From Chloroflexota bacterium (lineage in GTDB: Bacteria > Chloroflexota > Anaerolineae > VGOG01): 33,075 nucleotides of DNA. The notes under the pieces are model-generated. The model had not been told where the DNA came from. It made no database searches and worked only from the letters and a program-made list of their open reading frames with translations. Positions 9,390 through 17,921 of this stretch are shown in pieces (positions within the stretch are counted from its first letter, which is position 1; each line of letters begins with the position of its first letter). The stretch spans positions 1-33,075 of the forward strand of contig JAUWOY010000036.1 of assembly GCA_030611885.1 (NCBI GenBank). The letters run 5' to 3'. The translations under genes and the position numbers were made by a program.

Positions 9390-10729
9390 TAATCGCGCTC
9401 CGGCATCTCCGCCCCCTGCTTCTCGGCCCAGGTTTCGCGAACTTCGGCCACTACGAAGACGGAGCCGGTGGCGCAAATCAGATCCTGCGGGCTGGCCACC
9501 CCCAAAGCCAAACCCAGGGCCTCGGCCACGCTGTCGCTGACCATGACCCCCGGCCTCAGAGCCAGGGCCTTCTCCCGAAGCACGCCAGTGTCCACAGCGC
9601 GAGGATGTTTGGCCTGGGTGATGATGACCTGCTGAGCCAGAGGGAAGAGCTCTCGCATCATCCCCTCGATGTCCTTATCAGCGGAGGCGCCGAAGATCAG
9701 GATCAGGCGGCGGTAGGCAAACACTTCTTCCAGGGCGGCCTTCAGCTTCCCAGCCGAGTCAGCGTTGTGGGCACAATCAACGACCACAAACGGCCTCCGC
9801 CCCAGGATCTCCAGCCGCCCCGGCCAGCGCACCCGCCGCAGCCCCTCCCCGACGCTGGCCTCAGGAACGTTGACGCCCCGCTGCCGCAGCTTCTCCATAG
9901 CGGCGACGGCTACCGTGGCATTATCCAGTTGATGCCTGCCCAGCAAAGGTATCCAGAATCCGTGATTCGTGATCCGTGATTCGTGATTCGTGACTCGAAA
10001 CCATTGACCTTCCAGGTTCGCCTCTCCCGCCTCCCACGTCCAATCCCGGCCGATCACCGTCAACTCGGCATCCTGCTCCCTGCACACCTCTTCGATAACG
10101 GCCATAGCCTCCGGCGCCTGGGGAGCACTGACCACGCAGGCTTCGTCTTTGATAATGCCCGCCTTCTCCCGCGCGATCAGGGGCAGGGTCTCGCCCAGGA
10201 TATGAGTGTGATCGTAGCTGAGGGAGGTGATGATAGCCACCAAAGGATCCACGACGTTGGTGGCGTCCAGCCGGCCGCCCATGCCCACCTCCAGAACGGC
10301 GACCTCTACCCCCTGGTCAGCGAAAAAGAGAAAGCCCAAAGCAGTGATGATCTCGAAGGTGGTGATGCCCTCGATCCGGCTCACCAGGGGCTGCAACCGC
10401 TCGGTGAGAGAAGCTACCGTTTCCTGGGGGATCAACCGGCCGTCAACCTGAATCCTCTCCCGGAGAGTATGCAGGTGCGGCGAGGTATAGAGACCCGTCC
10501 GGTAGCCAGCCGCCCGCAGGATAGATTCGCTCATCGCCGCCACCGAGCCCTTGCCCTTGGTCCCGGCAATGTGGACGGATTTAAAGTGCAGGTGGGGATT
10601 ATCGAGCCAGGCCAGCAGCTTTTCCACGCGAGCCAGATCAAAGTACTCAGGCCCGTACAGGTAAGAGCTTTTCTTCTCGTAATCGGTGAAGCTGTAGATA
10701 TAGTCGAGCGCGTCCTTGTAAGTCAACAT
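9389..10729 (-). CDS. folC: Bifunctional folylpolyglutamate synthase / dihydrofolate synthase, 446 aa
   Basis: P-loop HIAGTKGKGSV, YTSPHL and the Mur-ligase family layout. The C-terminal domain fits FolC. Contains an unusual internal heptanucleotide microsatellite (9956-9997) encoding RVTNHESRITNHGF. Confidence 0.9.
   Translation of the reverse strand: MLTYKDALDYIYSFTDYEKKSSYLYGPEYFDLARVEKLLAWLDNPHLHFKSVHIAGTKGKGSVAAMSESILRAAGYRTGLYTSPHLHTLRERIQVDGRLIPQETVASLTERLQPLVSRIEGITTFEIITALGFLFFADQGVEVAVLEVGMGGRLDATNVVDPLVAIITSLSYDHTHILGETLPLIAREKAGIIKDEACVVSAPQAPEAMAVIEEVCREQDAELTVIGRDWTWEAGEANLEGQWFRVTNHESRITNHGFWIPLLGRHQLDNATVAVAAMEKLRQRGVNVPEASVGEGLRRVRWPGRLEILGRRPFVVVDCAHNADSAGKLKAALEEVFAYRRLILIFGASADKDIEGMMRELFPLAQQVIITQAKHPRAVDTGVLREKALALRPGVMVSDSVAEALGLALGVASPQDLICATGSVFVVAEVRETWAEKQGAEMPERD
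9956..9997. repeat. Heptanucleotide microsatellite (ATYCGTG x5 plus a degenerate unit) inside the folC coding sequence
   Basis: aatccgtg attcgtg atccgtg attcgtg attcgtg actcg. In the folC frame this gives the peptide repeat RVTNHESRITNH. Confidence 0.8.
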
Positions 10730-10762
10730 ACCTTGTTAGCCAGCCCAATGGGTAGCCGTTAG

Positions 10763-10801
10763 ATTTTGGACTTTGGGCTTTGGATTTTGGATTTGATTTG
10801 G
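10763..10801. repeat. Period-7 tandem repeat (attttgg actttgg gctttgg attttgg atttgat ttgg) immediately upstream of the folC start (10729)
   Basis: Five or more heptamer units with consensus NYTTTGG. Same unit family as 543-570 and 9148-9175. Confidence 0.7.
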
Positions 10802-10849
10802 CGCTTATTGTATATCAACTGAGGCAAAAAGTAAAATGCGGGAATGTTC

Positions 10850-10878
10850 TTGACTATTCGCCCACAATCTGGTAAACT
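10850..10878 (+). promoter_or_regulatory. Sigma70-like promoter for the lipoprotein gene (-35 TTGACT, 17-nt spacer, -10 TAAACT)
   Basis: ttgact at 10850-10855 and taaact at 10873-10878. RBS GAGGAGG at 10895-10901, TTG start at 10912. Confidence 0.5.
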
Positions 10879-10911
10879 TCAGGCTGACAACATTGAGGAG
10901 GTACCGCTAAT

Positions 10912-12159
10912 TTGAAATCCGCACCCCTATCCCTAGCATTAATAATCGTGTTGATCCTGGCAGGCCTAAACATGACCGGCTGCTCAGCCCGCCCTCTGCT
11001 CTACGACGTGGAGTTCTACCCGGAGGTAATCTCACCCAACGCCGACGGGCACGACGATGCCGCCAACATCCTCTACAAACTCTCCCGCAACGCCAGCCTG
11101 TCCATCTACTTCGTTGACCAAGCCGGGGAGCGGCATTACCATCGAAATGGAGAGCGACGTTCGGCCCAAGACGAGTCCTACTGGACCCTCTTTGGCGGCG
11201 TGGTGGACGTGGCCGAGAGCGGCCCGATCAGGAGGCGCATGATGCCCGATGGGCAGTACACCTGGGTCATTGAGGCTACCGACGACAGTGGCCACACCGA
11301 GAAGGCAGAGGGCAGCTTAACCATCGTTGACGCTGACACGGCCGTTCCTGAGATGCGGAACTTCAGCGTCTATCCCCAGGTCTTCACGCCCAATCAGGAC
11401 GGCATAGACGACCGGGTGGCCATCACCTTTTACCTGTCGAAAGAGGCCAAGTACCGAGTCTACCTGGAGGATGAGGAGGGCGACCGCTACCCCCTGGCCG
11501 AGAAAGAGAGAGAGGTAAAATCTGGCCAGCCCGGCATGCACATATACGACTACGAGGGTGGGGTGGATTTAGGGGCCACGCCGCCGCCAGATGGCATCTA
11601 CACCGTGGTGGCCGAGGCCGAGGACCTGGTGGGCAACAAGACAATGATAACCAGCACCCTGACCTTCATGGACGGTGGCGTCCCCCGGGCCGACATAGTC
11701 AACGCCGACGTGGACTTCGATCCCATGATCGTGCCCCTGGGAGGCACCCTGACCTTCACCGCTACCGTGGAGAACTTCGGCACAGTGCCCATCCGTACCA
11801 CAGGCCCCCCGCCGGGAACCACCTACGAGAGCGACCAGAACTTCAACAGCCTGGGATGGTACGAGGAGCCGGGAGCCTGGCGGTTGGGCATTGACTTCGA
11901 GACCAACTCCAGCGGGCGGCCCTATCCCTATCGCTTCGCCATCGGAGACGATGACGACCTGGAGATCAGAGTAATCAGAGGCAGGGAATACCGCTATCTG
12001 ATGCCGGGCCAGCGGGCCACCGTGACCGGCCACATCCACATCATGCAAGAGCCCCCTCGCAACCCCATCTACTTCTTCGCCGGCCTCATCCACGAGGACG
12101 TGAGGATTGACGCCTTCAACGACCACGTGGATCCTCAGGAGATATCTATTGGGTTTTAG
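10912..12159 (+). CDS. Secreted lipoprotein with two FlgD-Ig-like (F-x-P-N-x-DG-x-DD) domains, 415 aa
   Basis: Signal peptide with lipobox-like LNMTGC. Two repeats of the motif VEFYPEVISPNADGHDDAANILYKLS / FSVYPQVFTPNQDGIDDRVAITFYLS, which matches the FlgD Ig-like / T9SS-type beta-sandwich motif FSPNGDGxND. TTG start with a strong RBS. Confidence 0.55.
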   Translation: MKSAPLSLALIIVLILAGLNMTGCSARPLLYDVEFYPEVISPNADGHDDAANILYKLSRNASLSIYFVDQAGERHYHRNGERRSAQDESYWTLFGGVVDVAESGPIRRRMMPDGQYTWVIEATDDSGHTEKAEGSLTIVDADTAVPEMRNFSVYPQVFTPNQDGIDDRVAITFYLSKEAKYRVYLEDEEGDRYPLAEKEREVKSGQPGMHIYDYEGGVDLGATPPPDGIYTVVAEAEDLVGNKTMITSTLTFMDGGVPRADIVNADVDFDPMIVPLGGTLTFTATVENFGTVPIRTTGPPPGTTYESDQNFNSLGWYEEPGAWRLGIDFETNSSGRPYPYRFAIGDDDDLEIRVIRGREYRYLMPGQRATVTGHIHIMQEPPRNPIYFFAGLIHEDVRIDAFNDHVDPQEISIGF

Positions 12160-12596
12160 GGTCGCTGTGTGTAAATAGTACATGCGTTCGGTTTGAACAC
12201 TACCCCAAAATCGATATTTAGTCTAAACCCAAGAATTAAATCCCGGCCGTAGAACGTCGTCTGGTGCTCCAACTGGCAGGGGTACCTTAGAAGTGAGATA
12301 CGTTGCTGATGGCATTGGCATACCCACACAGCGCAAGTCGTAGGGCACGACAACTTGTTCAATCTCAACGTCAGCGAACCGATGGGTATTCACTCTACAA
12401 GGCGATCCGTGTTTGCCGTTAGAGGCATAGCGCTGAATTTTACATTTCGCGGGTTATGTATATAATAGAACTGGGACAGCCGGCCACACTGAAGACAGTG
12501 GACGCGAGTGGACACGCTGGTCAATTGGCTGGATCAAAGTTGTAAACGCCTATAGAAAGCACAACCAGTCATAGTTATGGATAGCGGGAGGGTAAA

Positions 12597-13490
12597 ATGC
12601 CAGTTCCACAGCGCGCTCGGATGATAGAATTTGACCAGGGCAGTCATGCATACTTTGCCTTTGTCAGGACGAGCTCCAGTCCAGAAGACATTATATCACA
12701 ACTAAACCTGGATCCGCTTCCAAAGGGAGTCATCTGGATTAGCGGTGGAGCCACAGATTTTCCTCTTGAGATCGTAGAGCCAACAGTTGCATTGATTGAG
12801 GCCGTGATCGTGCCCCTTGTGTACGAACATGATTTGCTGGTTGTTGATGGTGGTACAGAGGCTGGGATCATGAAGATTATTGGCGAGGTATTTGAAAGAG
12901 CTAAGTACCACAAGCTGAACATCATCGGTTATGAGGAAGACAAGCTCCAGGGACAGAACGCTAGATCCTGGGATCCCTTGCTGATGGGTTTTGTGCCTGA
13001 ACCGAAGGTCTCCTATCCCGGAGTTGATCGTTCGCCGCCGGACTATGCTCCGCTTGATCCCAACCATATCTACTTTGTCATGGTGCTCGATGCAAAAGAG
13101 TGGGGTCAGGAAGTTGAGTGTATGTTCTCGTTTCTGGGTTATTTGGCTACCCAGAGACAAATCCCAACCATTAACATTGTCGCTAATGGAGGGCGAGTCA
13201 CAATCAAAGAGGCCTATCATGCGGCACAACAAGGGCGACATGTAGTCGTTCTGGAAGGTAGCAAGAGAGCAGCCGAAGTCATTGTCGCTGCGCTAGATGG
13301 AGTATCTGACAGAACCTTGGTCAGTTTGCTCAGAGCATACGGGATTACAACACAGAGGCACGAGGTAGAAGAGACGGTTTACTGGCTCAATAGCATTGCC
13401 AAGTACGACAAGATTACGCGTTTTGATTTCTTATCACGGCCACCTGGGGAGTTGAGAGAAATCATTCTCTCTAAGATGGGCCTAGTGTGA
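12597..13490 (+). CDS. Standalone SLOG/LOG-like Rossmann-fold nucleotide-binding protein, 297 aa
   Basis: The motifs ISGGATDF, LLVVDGGTEAGIMKIIGE and IVANGGRVTIKEAY follow the LOG/SLOG pattern (GGxxG...GGxG...PGGxGTxxE). Assignment by motif memory, not by search. RBS GGGAGGG 4-5 nt upstream. Overlaps the next gene by 4 nt. Confidence 0.5.
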   Translation: MPVPQRARMIEFDQGSHAYFAFVRTSSSPEDIISQLNLDPLPKGVIWISGGATDFPLEIVEPTVALIEAVIVPLVYEHDLLVVDGGTEAGIMKIIGEVFERAKYHKLNIIGYEEDKLQGQNARSWDPLLMGFVPEPKVSYPGVDRSPPDYAPLDPNHIYFVMVLDAKEWGQEVECMFSFLGYLATQRQIPTINIVANGGRVTIKEAYHAAQQGRHVVVLEGSKRAAEVIVAALDGVSDRTLVSLLRAYGITTQRHEVEETVYWLNSIAKYDKITRFDFLSRPPGELREIILSKMGLV

Positions 13491-16402
13491 TTAAGACGGA
13501 CCGCGAGCACGGGAGGACACCAGATATGAATTCAGATGCATCAGATACGCCCAGAACACTTTTAGCATATTTTAGTCACAGCTACCGTCCCAGCGAGAAG
13601 GAGATTAATCTATTCTTCTGGGAATTGTTAAGCAAGCACAGCCTCTACTTCACAGTCGACTCCGAAGAGAATAGAGATAAGCCGATGGACATCTCCTACC
13701 TGGAGTGGATGATGCGACGCTGCGCATGTTTTGTAGCCGTCATTCCGCGCCGCGATGACTCACCGCCATATAACTGTTCTCCCTACCAGGTCTTTGAAAA
13801 CAGTCTGGCCATTCGCGCTAAGAAACCACGTTTGATCTTTGTCGAAGAAGGATTAGACGAAACCATCTTCGGCGTTCAACCTGAAGAAGTCTGTTCCTTT
13901 CGTCGAAGAAGAGAATTCCTTGAGGAAGGCAAAGACGATTTCATGAAGTTTGCGAGTCGGCTAGCTCAACGAGCGCATGCGCTTGCCACTCCAGATTTGG
14001 GCCTAAGGAAGCCAGTTACTCTGTTAGCAGACACCACACAAGGGTCGGCCTACCGTTCGGCTACAGTCAGAAGCATTCGCCAGATAGTGCGTGACCAAGG
14101 GTATTGGTTCCGAACTGTGAACCCCACAGACTTTGAACAGGATTCTTTGTTTCTGCGAACGATTGAAGGTTACAGTATATTGATCTCTGAAGTGCGGCAA
14201 CCTTACTTAGCGCCTGATGTGTTGGGGTTAGTGCATAGCCGATGCGTGCCCACAATTCGCATTTGCCATCTGGAAGAACATGAGAGCGTGGAAGAGGCAC
14301 AGGCAGCGATGCACTTACCGTTCAATGAGCACAAGTGGACTGATCAAGACCGCAGCAGCTGGCCGCTCATATTCAGCAAGTACCAGATTGACGATGATAT
14401 GGAACCAGTCATCTTTTGGAAACAGCCAGAGGAAATGCACGAGAAGGTCAGAGTGCGTTTAAGGAAAATCACCGAAAAACGTGTTGACCTGATCACAGAG
14501 CAAGAAGCACGCGGCTATTTCCTGCGCATAGGCCGCCTATCTGGCCAGATGTTCATCAGCAATGCCAAAGCGCAGAACGACTTCGTTGACAGGCTCAAGC
14601 ACAGCCTGCAGCGAAATGCAGTGGACTGGTTCCATTACAAAGATAAGGACGCAATCCCTATTGGATCGAGCGATTGGCTTTCCGAAATCATTATGGAGAT
14701 CCGGAACTCCACCATTTTTGTCGCCCTAGTTGACTCCAACTACACAGCAAGCGAGTGGTGCATAAGTGAGTTTAGAGAGGCAATGAATTTGTTTCGCAAT
14801 GGTGGCGAGATAGAGATTCATGCCTATGTGCTTGAGGATGGTGCCCAGTTGCCCGCAGAGTTGTCCATGATGCAGGTAGCCTATATCGAGACCTTGAACG
14901 ATACCAGTAGGATTGAGCGGATTGTGGAGAATGCAGTGGCGTTTCTGGAGACTGGAAAACAGGTCCGTTTGCGTCCCAGAGCCCGGACTCAGCTCGTGAA
15001 CTTATTGGCGAAGCTTCCATCGTTTGCTTCGTCCAATGAGCGTAGAACGCTTCTGCAGGACGCTGGATTACCGGCTCGAGTCCTCCAGAAAGTTCGAACA
15101 GAGGCGCAAACGAGTGCGAAAGCGGCTGCTGAGATTGTTGATGACCTAGCAGGATGGGAGCAAGAGCTCAAACTACGAACAAAAGCTCTTGGACTGCTTC
15201 TGTCACGCACAATGGGACTCGTAGATTCAATCGAGGAACAGATATTCTTGGCAGGCATGATCCGAGGCTATAGGCTCATGCCGGACATCAAGCTGCAGCT
15301 TGAAGCCCGTTCGCCTTTACGGGAGCTTGGCTTGGCCTACTTCCACGAGCGGAAGGAGTTAGGAACCTTCGAATCAATTCAAAAGGGATCTCTCGTGGAC
15401 CGCAAGCTGGATCAGCATGAACTCGATGCCAATTTGTATGCTCTATCAGTAAGATCCAGTGCCGAGCAAGACGATTGGCACAAGATGTTACGAATCATTG
15501 GGAAGGGCTTGTTTCACAACAATATCTTTGACGACCTCCTTGAGAATTATAAGAGAGCGTTGGACTCTCTCGGGATTCGCAACGAACAACTTGGGTTCTG
15601 CTTTGCCACTGATGCACCAGGACTGCGCATTCCATTTGAGTGGGCGGTTATTGAAGGTCAGAGGACTCCGTTGTGCTTAAGGCACCCTGTGCGGCGCTTC
15701 TTGGATGGATGTCCTGAACCCAGACCTACGTTACGCACACTGCTTGAAGGAGAAGTTGCCATTCCATTACGCGTGTTGTTGGTAGCCTCCAATACAGGTG
15801 GAATTCCAGAAGTGGAGAATGAAGTTGAAGAGCTCTACTCGATGCTTCGCGACTTGTTTCATCGGGTAGGATGGCCAGAATCCAACATTTGCAGACTGAA
15901 CTCTCAGACAGCCACGGTAGATAGTATTAAATGGCAAATCAGGCATGGGCATTATCATATTCTTCACTTTGCAGGCCACGGGGGCTATGATGATGAAAAG
16001 CCAGTTCTCCAAGTTTATCAAGATGCAAGTACGCAACAGATTGATCAGATCTCTGCAACCATGTTGAGAAGCTGGATCATTGATTCAGACCTCTGCTTCG
16101 TTTACTTGAGCAGTTGTCGCAGTGCATCCACAGAAGCCCTAGAATTAGCTAGTGCAATTCGATACTTTGAGAACGTTGGTCAAGCAATCGTTGAGGCCCG
16201 TGTACCTGAAGTAATCGGTTTTTTCTGGCCGATTGAAGACAATCAAAGCAGGATTCTGGCTACACGATTCTACGAGCAATTCCTGAAAAGCTTTGATGCA
16301 CCTCTGGCCCTATATCACGCGAGGAAGTCTTTTGAAGAAGAAAACCGCATCTGGGCAGCTCCAGTTTTGATTCAACAACTCGACACCCAAAAGAGAAGCT
16401 AG
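13487..16402 (+). CDS. Multidomain TIR(-like) / TIR / helical linker / CHAT caspase-like protease fusion protein, 971 aa
   Basis: Residues about 355-470 (MFISNAKAQNDFVDRLKHSLQRNAVDWFHYKDKD...SEIIMEIRNSTIFVALVDSNYTASEWCISEFREAM) form a canonical TIR domain, including the S-x-WC-x-x-E catalytic-glutamate region. Residues about 25-140 (LLAYFSHSYRP...CACFVAVIPRRDDSPPYNCSPYQVFENSLA) look like a second, more divergent TIR-like domain. The C-terminal about 240 aa have the CHAT His/Cys dyad context (YHILHFAGHGGYDDE ... DLCFVYLSSCRSAS). Confidence 0.7.
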   Translation: MIKTDREHGRTPDMNSDASDTPRTLLAYFSHSYRPSEKEINLFFWELLSKHSLYFTVDSEENRDKPMDISYLEWMMRRCACFVAVIPRRDDSPPYNCSPYQVFENSLAIRAKKPRLIFVEEGLDETIFGVQPEEVCSFRRRREFLEEGKDDFMKFASRLAQRAHALATPDLGLRKPVTLLADTTQGSAYRSATVRSIRQIVRDQGYWFRTVNPTDFEQDSLFLRTIEGYSILISEVRQPYLAPDVLGLVHSRCVPTIRICHLEEHESVEEAQAAMHLPFNEHKWTDQDRSSWPLIFSKYQIDDDMEPVIFWKQPEEMHEKVRVRLRKITEKRVDLITEQEARGYFLRIGRLSGQMFISNAKAQNDFVDRLKHSLQRNAVDWFHYKDKDAIPIGSSDWLSEIIMEIRNSTIFVALVDSNYTASEWCISEFREAMNLFRNGGEIEIHAYVLEDGAQLPAELSMMQVAYIETLNDTSRIERIVENAVAFLETGKQVRLRPRARTQLVNLLAKLPSFASSNERRTLLQDAGLPARVLQKVRTEAQTSAKAAAEIVDDLAGWEQELKLRTKALGLLLSRTMGLVDSIEEQIFLAGMIRGYRLMPDIKLQLEARSPLRELGLAYFHERKELGTFESIQKGSLVDRKLDQHELDANLYALSVRSSAEQDDWHKMLRIIGKGLFHNNIFDDLLENYKRALDSLGIRNEQLGFCFATDAPGLRIPFEWAVIEGQRTPLCLRHPVRRFLDGCPEPRPTLRTLLEGEVAIPLRVLLVASNTGGIPEVENEVEELYSMLRDLFHRVGWPESNICRLNSQTATVDSIKWQIRHGHYHILHFAGHGGYDDEKPVLQVYQDASTQQIDQISATMLRSWIIDSDLCFVYLSSCRSASTEALELASAIRYFENVGQAIVEARVPEVIGFFWPIEDNQSRILATRFYEQFLKSFDAPLALYHARKSFEEENRIWAAPVLIQQLDTQKRS

Positions 16403-16498
16403 GAAGCAAAGAAGATGCTTTGAGAAAGGTTGAGAAACCCGTCCCGCTTCTGAAACTACTTTGTAATGCTTAGGACGAGTTAGCCCGGGAGGTCAACA

Positions 16499-17791
16499 AT
16501 GAAAAAACTAATCGCCCTTGGTGCCTTAGTTCTTGTAATCCTCTCTTACTTCCTGTTTGGGCTCACAGGGTTTGCAATTGGGGCGGCTATTATAGCCGTT
16601 GCTATTCTCTCCTATCGCCTCGCCCGTGAGCCAGGCTTGGCCCGTGCCATACTTCTTGTTACCCTTATCCTTTCATTTGTGATTGGCGGTTTTGTGATCA
16701 GAACTTGGGGACCAAAGCCGACTGGAATCACTAAAGCTGAGGAGATCGCCTTCTTCGTTATCGGAGGGGCGATGGGGCTTATATCCTGGCTATCGGTGCT
16801 CCTTTCTGCATTCTTCTTATGCTCCGAGATAATTCTTGTTTCTCATGGAGGTGATAGGTGGGGATCTTTTGCCTACCTGGTAAGTTCCTTGTTGCTTGAG
16901 CGTGCGGGGGCTCTTGAGATCGTAGATAGAGGTGAAGTGATAACCATAAAATCGAGAGGCTTGCTCGCTCCCTTTAAAGCGATCGGATACGTGATTATCT
17001 ATCATGGAAATGCTGTTGTCTTTGAACGCTTCGGTCGCCTCAGCCAAGTGGCGGGGCCCGGTCTTGTGGTGAAGAGGTCTTTCGAAACGATACGAGCGGT
17101 CGTTGATTTGAGCATGCAAGTGGAGGAAAGAAGGCAAACACTTGTTACCAGAGATGGAATCCCATTGACCACCTATGTAAAAATACTCTTCCAAATAGAT
17201 TCTGGGGGGCGTGCCCCTACGCCTGATGACATGTTTCCACTTTCCGAACCAGCAGTGCTCAATGCAGTATACCTTGTGCCGGATTGGAAGGCATATACCG
17301 TTGAAACGGCCCTTGCCTTGCTCCGCGATATGATATGCACACATTATCTCGACGACGTCTACGCCCCCTTGAAGAAGGGTTCTCGTAAAAGGGCAGGCCT
17401 AGGAACCCATGCACAACTCCTCCAAGATAACCTGCAAACTTCCTTGAGTGCCACAGCGATCGCGTGGGGGGTGAGAATTCACCGGGTGGAACTTGGCATC
17501 GCGGCGCCGCAGGAAATCGAGGAACAAGCCCTGGCCTTCGAAAAGGCGAGAAAAGAGGAGGAACTCGAATACCAAAGATCCAGAGCTGAGAACCGCCGGA
17601 TTAAGCAATTTGTCTCGCAGACTGGAGGAGATGTCACTGATTATGCTCTCCTCCGCTATCTTGAAAGGATTGGGGAATCCGGCATCCTTCCGCCCTCATT
17701 AGACCGGATGCTCCTTGACGCCATGGAAAAGGGAATGTCACGGCCACAGGGGCAAAAGAAGATCAAGGCCAGTGAGGAGGAGGCGGATTGA
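16499..17791 (+). CDS. Membrane protein with N-terminal 4-TM region and SPFH/band-7 (stomatin/flotillin/HflK-like) domain plus C-terminal coiled-coil, 430 aa
   Basis: Four hydrophobic helices in the first about 120 aa. The SPFH core is IVDRGEVITIKSRG...AVVFERFGRLSQVAGPGLVVKRSFETIRAVVDLSMQVEERRQTLVTRDGIPLTTYVKILFQI. Charged helical tail. RBS GGGAGG before the ATG. Confidence 0.6.
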   Translation: MKKLIALGALVLVILSYFLFGLTGFAIGAAIIAVAILSYRLAREPGLARAILLVTLILSFVIGGFVIRTWGPKPTGITKAEEIAFFVIGGAMGLISWLSVLLSAFFLCSEIILVSHGGDRWGSFAYLVSSLLLERAGALEIVDRGEVITIKSRGLLAPFKAIGYVIIYHGNAVVFERFGRLSQVAGPGLVVKRSFETIRAVVDLSMQVEERRQTLVTRDGIPLTTYVKILFQIDSGGRAPTPDDMFPLSEPAVLNAVYLVPDWKAYTVETALALLRDMICTHYLDDVYAPLKKGSRKRAGLGTHAQLLQDNLQTSLSATAIAWGVRIHRVELGIAAPQEIEEQALAFEKARKEEELEYQRSRAENRRIKQFVSQTGGDVTDYALLRYLERIGESGILPPSLDRMLLDAMEKGMSRPQGQKKIKASEEEAD

Positions 17792-17824
17792 CTATCGCTT
17801 CCTCAATATAAGGAAAAGCATGAA

Positions 17825-17856
17825 GCCCCTGTCGCCTCGACAGGGGCTTGCCTTTT
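17825..17856 (+). terminator. Rho-independent terminator after the SPFH gene
   Basis: Perfect 10-bp stem gcccctgtcg / cgacaggggc (loop cctc) followed by ttgccttttg. Confidence 0.65.
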
Positions 17857-17875
17857 GCCCAGCCGTAAGTATAAT
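17848..17875 (+). promoter_or_regulatory. Sigma70-like promoter (-35 TTGCCT, 16-nt spacer, -10 TATAAT) for the downstream GT2 gene
   Basis: ttgcct at 17848-17853 and tataat at 17870-17875. RBS GGGGAGG at 17910-17916. Confidence 0.5.
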
Positions 17876-17921
17876 TGAACTGTACCTTGGCGGAACATCT
17901 CGCTTTTACGGGGAGGTAAGG

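Larger units (their letters stand above)
12160..17850 (+). mobile_element. Low-GC genomic island (about 48-50% GC versus about 60% or more in flanks) carrying a three-gene candidate conflict module. No integrase or tRNA seen.
   Basis: Visibly AT-richer sequence and codon usage from the 437-nt intergenic region 12160-12596 through gene 16499..17791. It ends at the terminator hairpin 17825-17848. Flanking genes (lipoprotein, GT2) are high-GC. Confidence 0.55.

Noticed and set aside
9983-10762. 259-aa + ORF
   Set aside because: Antisense to folC.
11569-12183. 204-aa minus-strand ORF and other ORFs inside 10912..12159
   Set aside because: Shadow frames of the lipoprotein gene, which has a signal peptide, an RBS and repeated FlgD-Ig motifs.
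12160-12596. tRNA or integrase at the island boundary
   Set aside because: I searched the AT-richer 437-nt intergenic region for a T-loop (GTTCRANYC) with matching stems. The gttcaatc candidate lacks a pairing T-stem. No integrase-like ORF is present in the island.
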